A stretch of DNA of 64,000 nucleotides from Candidatus Pyrohabitans jungbluthii (GTDB taxonomy: Archaea; Hydrothermarchaeota; Hydrothermarchaeia; Hydrothermarchaeales; BMS3B). Positions 61,564 through 64,000 of the stretch are shown piece by piece. Within the stretch, counting starts at the first letter, position 1, and every line of letters starts with the position of its first letter. The notes beneath the pieces are model-generated. The model saw only the letters and a list, made by a program, of their open reading frames with translations, had not been told where the DNA came from and did no database searches. Where the stretch lies: the NCBI GenBank assembly GCA_002010065.2, contig MTMD02000001.1:32001-96000 (forward strand). Direction: 5' to 3'. The position numbers were made by a program, and so were the translations under genes.

Positions 61564-62226
61564 TCAATAGCCTGCACCGTAGCCAGCGGCTTCGCCATAG
61601 CCAAGCGCTTCTTCTCCGTAACCAGTGGCTTCACCGTAGCCTGCGCCCTCTTCAGCCGCTTGAGCGGGCTGAGCTTCTTCTGCCTTGGGCTTCACTATCA
61701 GCTTGCCTTCCATGCCCTTTTCTCTGTGCCCATTAACCGGGCAGTAGAAGGTGTATTCACCCGCTTTCTCAGCGACAAATTCCACCGTAACCGATGCTCC
61801 TGGCTGTATCCCTGCCTGCATCTGTGCAGTTTCCTCGCCGTAGCCCGCGGCTTCACCGTAACCAGCGCCATATCCAGCGGCCTCGCCATATCCCTCAGCA
61901 GCACCCTCCTCAGGCTTCACTGCATACACACCAAGCTCATCTATGGCAAAGTTGTGCACCTGCGAGCCAACGTTCTTGATGGTTATCCTAACCACGTCTC
62001 CCTCGCTGACGGTTATGCTTGCTGGCTCAAATTTGAACTCCGACGCTTCGATGGTGAATTCCTTTGCTTCAGCGACGCCTTTTGCGGGCGCTGCCGCAGC
62101 AGGAGAGGGTTTTACATCCTCGAGACCTGCTGGTACGCCCGGAGAGAAGCTGTAGCCGACTATGAAGCTAAGCGCCATTGCGGTGACTATTGCAAGCACC
62201 GCTATATCGTCGCGCATTGCGATCAC
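61564..62226 (-). CDS. membrane-anchored cupredoxin with AGYG repeats
   Basis: FEPASITV.EGD, HNF, YCPVNGHREKGM type-1 Cu ligands. Confidence 0.85.
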   Translation of the reverse strand: MIAMRDDIAVLAIVTAMALSFIVGYSFSPGVPAGLEDVKPSPAAAAPAKGVAEAKEFTIEASEFKFEPASITVSEGDVVRITIKNVGSQVHNFAIDELGVYAVKPEEGAAEGYGEAAGYGAGYGEAAGYGEETAQMQAGIQPGASVTVEFVAEKAGEYTFYCPVNGHREKGMEGKLIVKPKAEEAQPAQAAEEGAGYGEATGYGEEALGYGEAAGYGAGY

Positions 62227-62477
62227 GCCTTCTTTATCCTGTAGACAAATGTACCGCCGTCGGAGCGCTTCTCTATTATCTCATGCCCTTCCTTGTCGCA
62301 GAGCGCTGTAATACTCTCCTCTGAGGAGGGGTTGTCAAAGAGCACTTCAAGTACATCGCCGCTCTTCAGCTTCTGCAGCGTCTTCATTGTGTAGAGTTGG
62401 GGATGTGGACATACATAGCCCTTGACATCCAGCTGGTATACTCCATCTTCAAGCTTCTTAACTTTCACTTTCTGCAC
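62223..62477 (-). CDS. TusA/SirA-family sulfurtransferase
   Basis: LDVKGYVCPHP motif. Confidence 0.92.
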   Translation of the reverse strand: MQKVKVKKLEDGVYQLDVKGYVCPHPQLYTMKTLQKLKSGDVLEVLFDNPSSEESITALCDKEGHEIIEKRSDGGTFVYRIKKA

Positions 62478-62481
62478 CTCC

Positions 62482-63957
62482 TTACTCTATCTCTATGTCA
62501 ATATCAAAATCCTCTTCCTTAAGCTGGCGCTCAGTCCACCAGTTGAGGAACTTCACGCTTGCCAATGCGCCGCCGCCCATGCCCAAGAAGAACAGCCAGC
62601 CACCGGGGTCACCGCCAGCAACACGGATGTAGAATGCACCGATGTTGCAGCCCAGTGCTATTCGCGCACCGAGACCCATGAGCGTGCCTCCGAGGATGCC
62701 CCAGACTGCCAGCTCCTTGGTTGGTGCCTTGAACTTGAACTCCTTGTTGAGCAGAGCTATGGCTGCCGCACCAAGGATTATACCTATGGACATGAGCAAC
62801 GCAGGGTTGTGCCACGGCTCGGGTATGCCGTTCATTACGCCAAAGTATATATTGTCCTTCATGTTCCATCCGAACTTCTCCAGCACCCAGGCACCCACCT
62901 GCGCTTCCTGTGTGGTTATATACCAGTAACCGGGGTCAAACACTGTACCTCTCCTAGAAACTTCTTCCACAAAACCAAGCTTCACCAGAGCCTGGCCGAA
63001 GTTTTCTATACCGAACTTGTCCCTGAGGCTCTGCATCGCCATTACGTGGATGCCTGCTATTATGCCAATTAGAATCCCCGCAAGGGTTGTTCTTTTCGAA
63101 GCAGTTATCATCTGCCAGAAGCCGTAAAGCTCGTCTTTGAGACCCAGCTTAACATCCCCGCCGTCCGCAGGCAGTGTTGCTGCTTTCTTCTCTATAATGC
63201 GCCTGACAATGCCCTTCCTAGCAACAAACCAATACGCGAGGCTGAGGAATATCAGCGTGGGTATTATGGTGTTGATGATCGAATTCGCTATAAAGTATTC
63301 GCCAAGGCTAAGGCCCTTACCAAAGAATTTCTCTGCCAAGGTGAACTTAGGCTGCGGGAATATGTAGCCCCTCAGAAGCTTGTCGAACCATCCCTGCGCA
63401 TCTACGAATATCGCTTGAGAGAAGGATATCGCGAGCAGAGCAAGCATAGAGGTGCCATTACCCTCGCCGGTTTTGTACAACGTACCAGAAGCACAGCCAC
63501 CAGCGAGCACCATACCCAGACCAAATATAAGCCCGCCAACAAGTTCATGTATACCCAGTGGGCCAGGATGGAAGGTGCTCAGCTGGTTTGCCGCCAGCAC
63601 TGCCATGATAACGCTGAACACACCCATGGCGACCATTATGCCCACGAACATCCTAGTTACGCCGATGGCGAAGAGGTCGCGCCACGCTGAAGCGAAACAG
63701 AATCTGCCCCACTGCAGAAGTATGCCGTAGGCAAAGCCGAACCATGCGTAGGCAATGATGTACATGTAGATCGGGTTGACTCTATAGTACCACAGGCTTA
63801 TTATCAACATTATGCCAACTACAGAAAAAGCCCAGAATTTCCTCCTTCTATCGGCATCGTCTGCCATATTCATCCTTTCCTCCTTAAGCTTGTACTGAGC
63901 ATTCTGGAGTATCTTGTTCCCCATACCTATATTTATATTTTTCGAAAGTGGTTTCAA
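62482..63957 (-). CDS. YeeE/YedE sulfur-compound transporter (true start probably near 63870)
   Basis: GRFCF, GMVLAGGCASG and ALGCNIG motifs; many TM helices. Confidence 0.92.
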   Translation of the reverse strand: MKPLSKNINIGMGNKILQNAQYKLKEERMNMADDADRRRKFWAFSVVGIMLIISLWYYRVNPIYMYIIAYAWFGFAYGILLQWGRFCFASAWRDLFAIGVTRMFVGIMVAMGVFSVIMAVLAANQLSTFHPGPLGIHELVGGLIFGLGMVLAGGCASGTLYKTGEGNGTSMLALLAISFSQAIFVDAQGWFDKLLRGYIFPQPKFTLAEKFFGKGLSLGEYFIANSIINTIIPTLIFLSLAYWFVARKGIVRRIIEKKAATLPADGGDVKLGLKDELYGFWQMITASKRTTLAGILIGIIAGIHVMAMQSLRDKFGIENFGQALVKLGFVEEVSRRGTVFDPGYWYITTQEAQVGAWVLEKFGWNMKDNIYFGVMNGIPEPWHNPALLMSIGIILGAAAIALLNKEFKFKAPTKELAVWGILGGTLMGLGARIALGCNIGAFYIRVAGGDPGGWLFFLGMGGGALASVKFLNWWTERQLKEEDFDIDIEIE

Positions 63958-64000
63958 GATAACCGAAATTTAATTCCTCACACTTTCATAAAAATCAAAA

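Overview
Gene-dense archaeal chromosomal segment. It has archaeal-type informational genes and GGAGG/GGTGA ribosome-binding sites. Gene content looks euryarchaeal and anaerobic; a Hydrothermarchaeota-like lineage is my guess, not a result. Core genes: argF, aEF-1beta, aroA, KEOPS (kae1, bud32, pcc1), proS, pdxS/pdxT, the porG-D-A-B operon, serA, bioY, taw1, the proteasome/exosome/RNase P superoperon (rpl15e to prefoldin beta), nop5-fibrillarin and tmcA. Accessory content: a CooS-family protein with a divergent active site; an island at about 11.9-15.8 kb (DIP1984-like coiled-coil gene, frameshifted flavin-binding gene, vapBC, Gly/Met-rich cytochrome c cluster); an orphan cas6; a coiled-coil/MCP/HEAT/MinD locus; glycosylation genes; and a YeeE-TusA-cupredoxin cluster. 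Best novelty candidates: (1) a ~185-nt structured non-coding element directly after the DIP1984-like gene, carrying two blocks of four exactly 7-nt-periodic TYA-NN-G motifs; (2) a G-rich hairpin unit present as a tandem pair at two intergenic loci, with covariation; (3) a circularly permuted FrhB/FpoF-like protein at the head of the por operon. No rRNA, tRNA, CRISPR array or transposase was recognised. All assignments come from motif recognition by eye; no searches were run.
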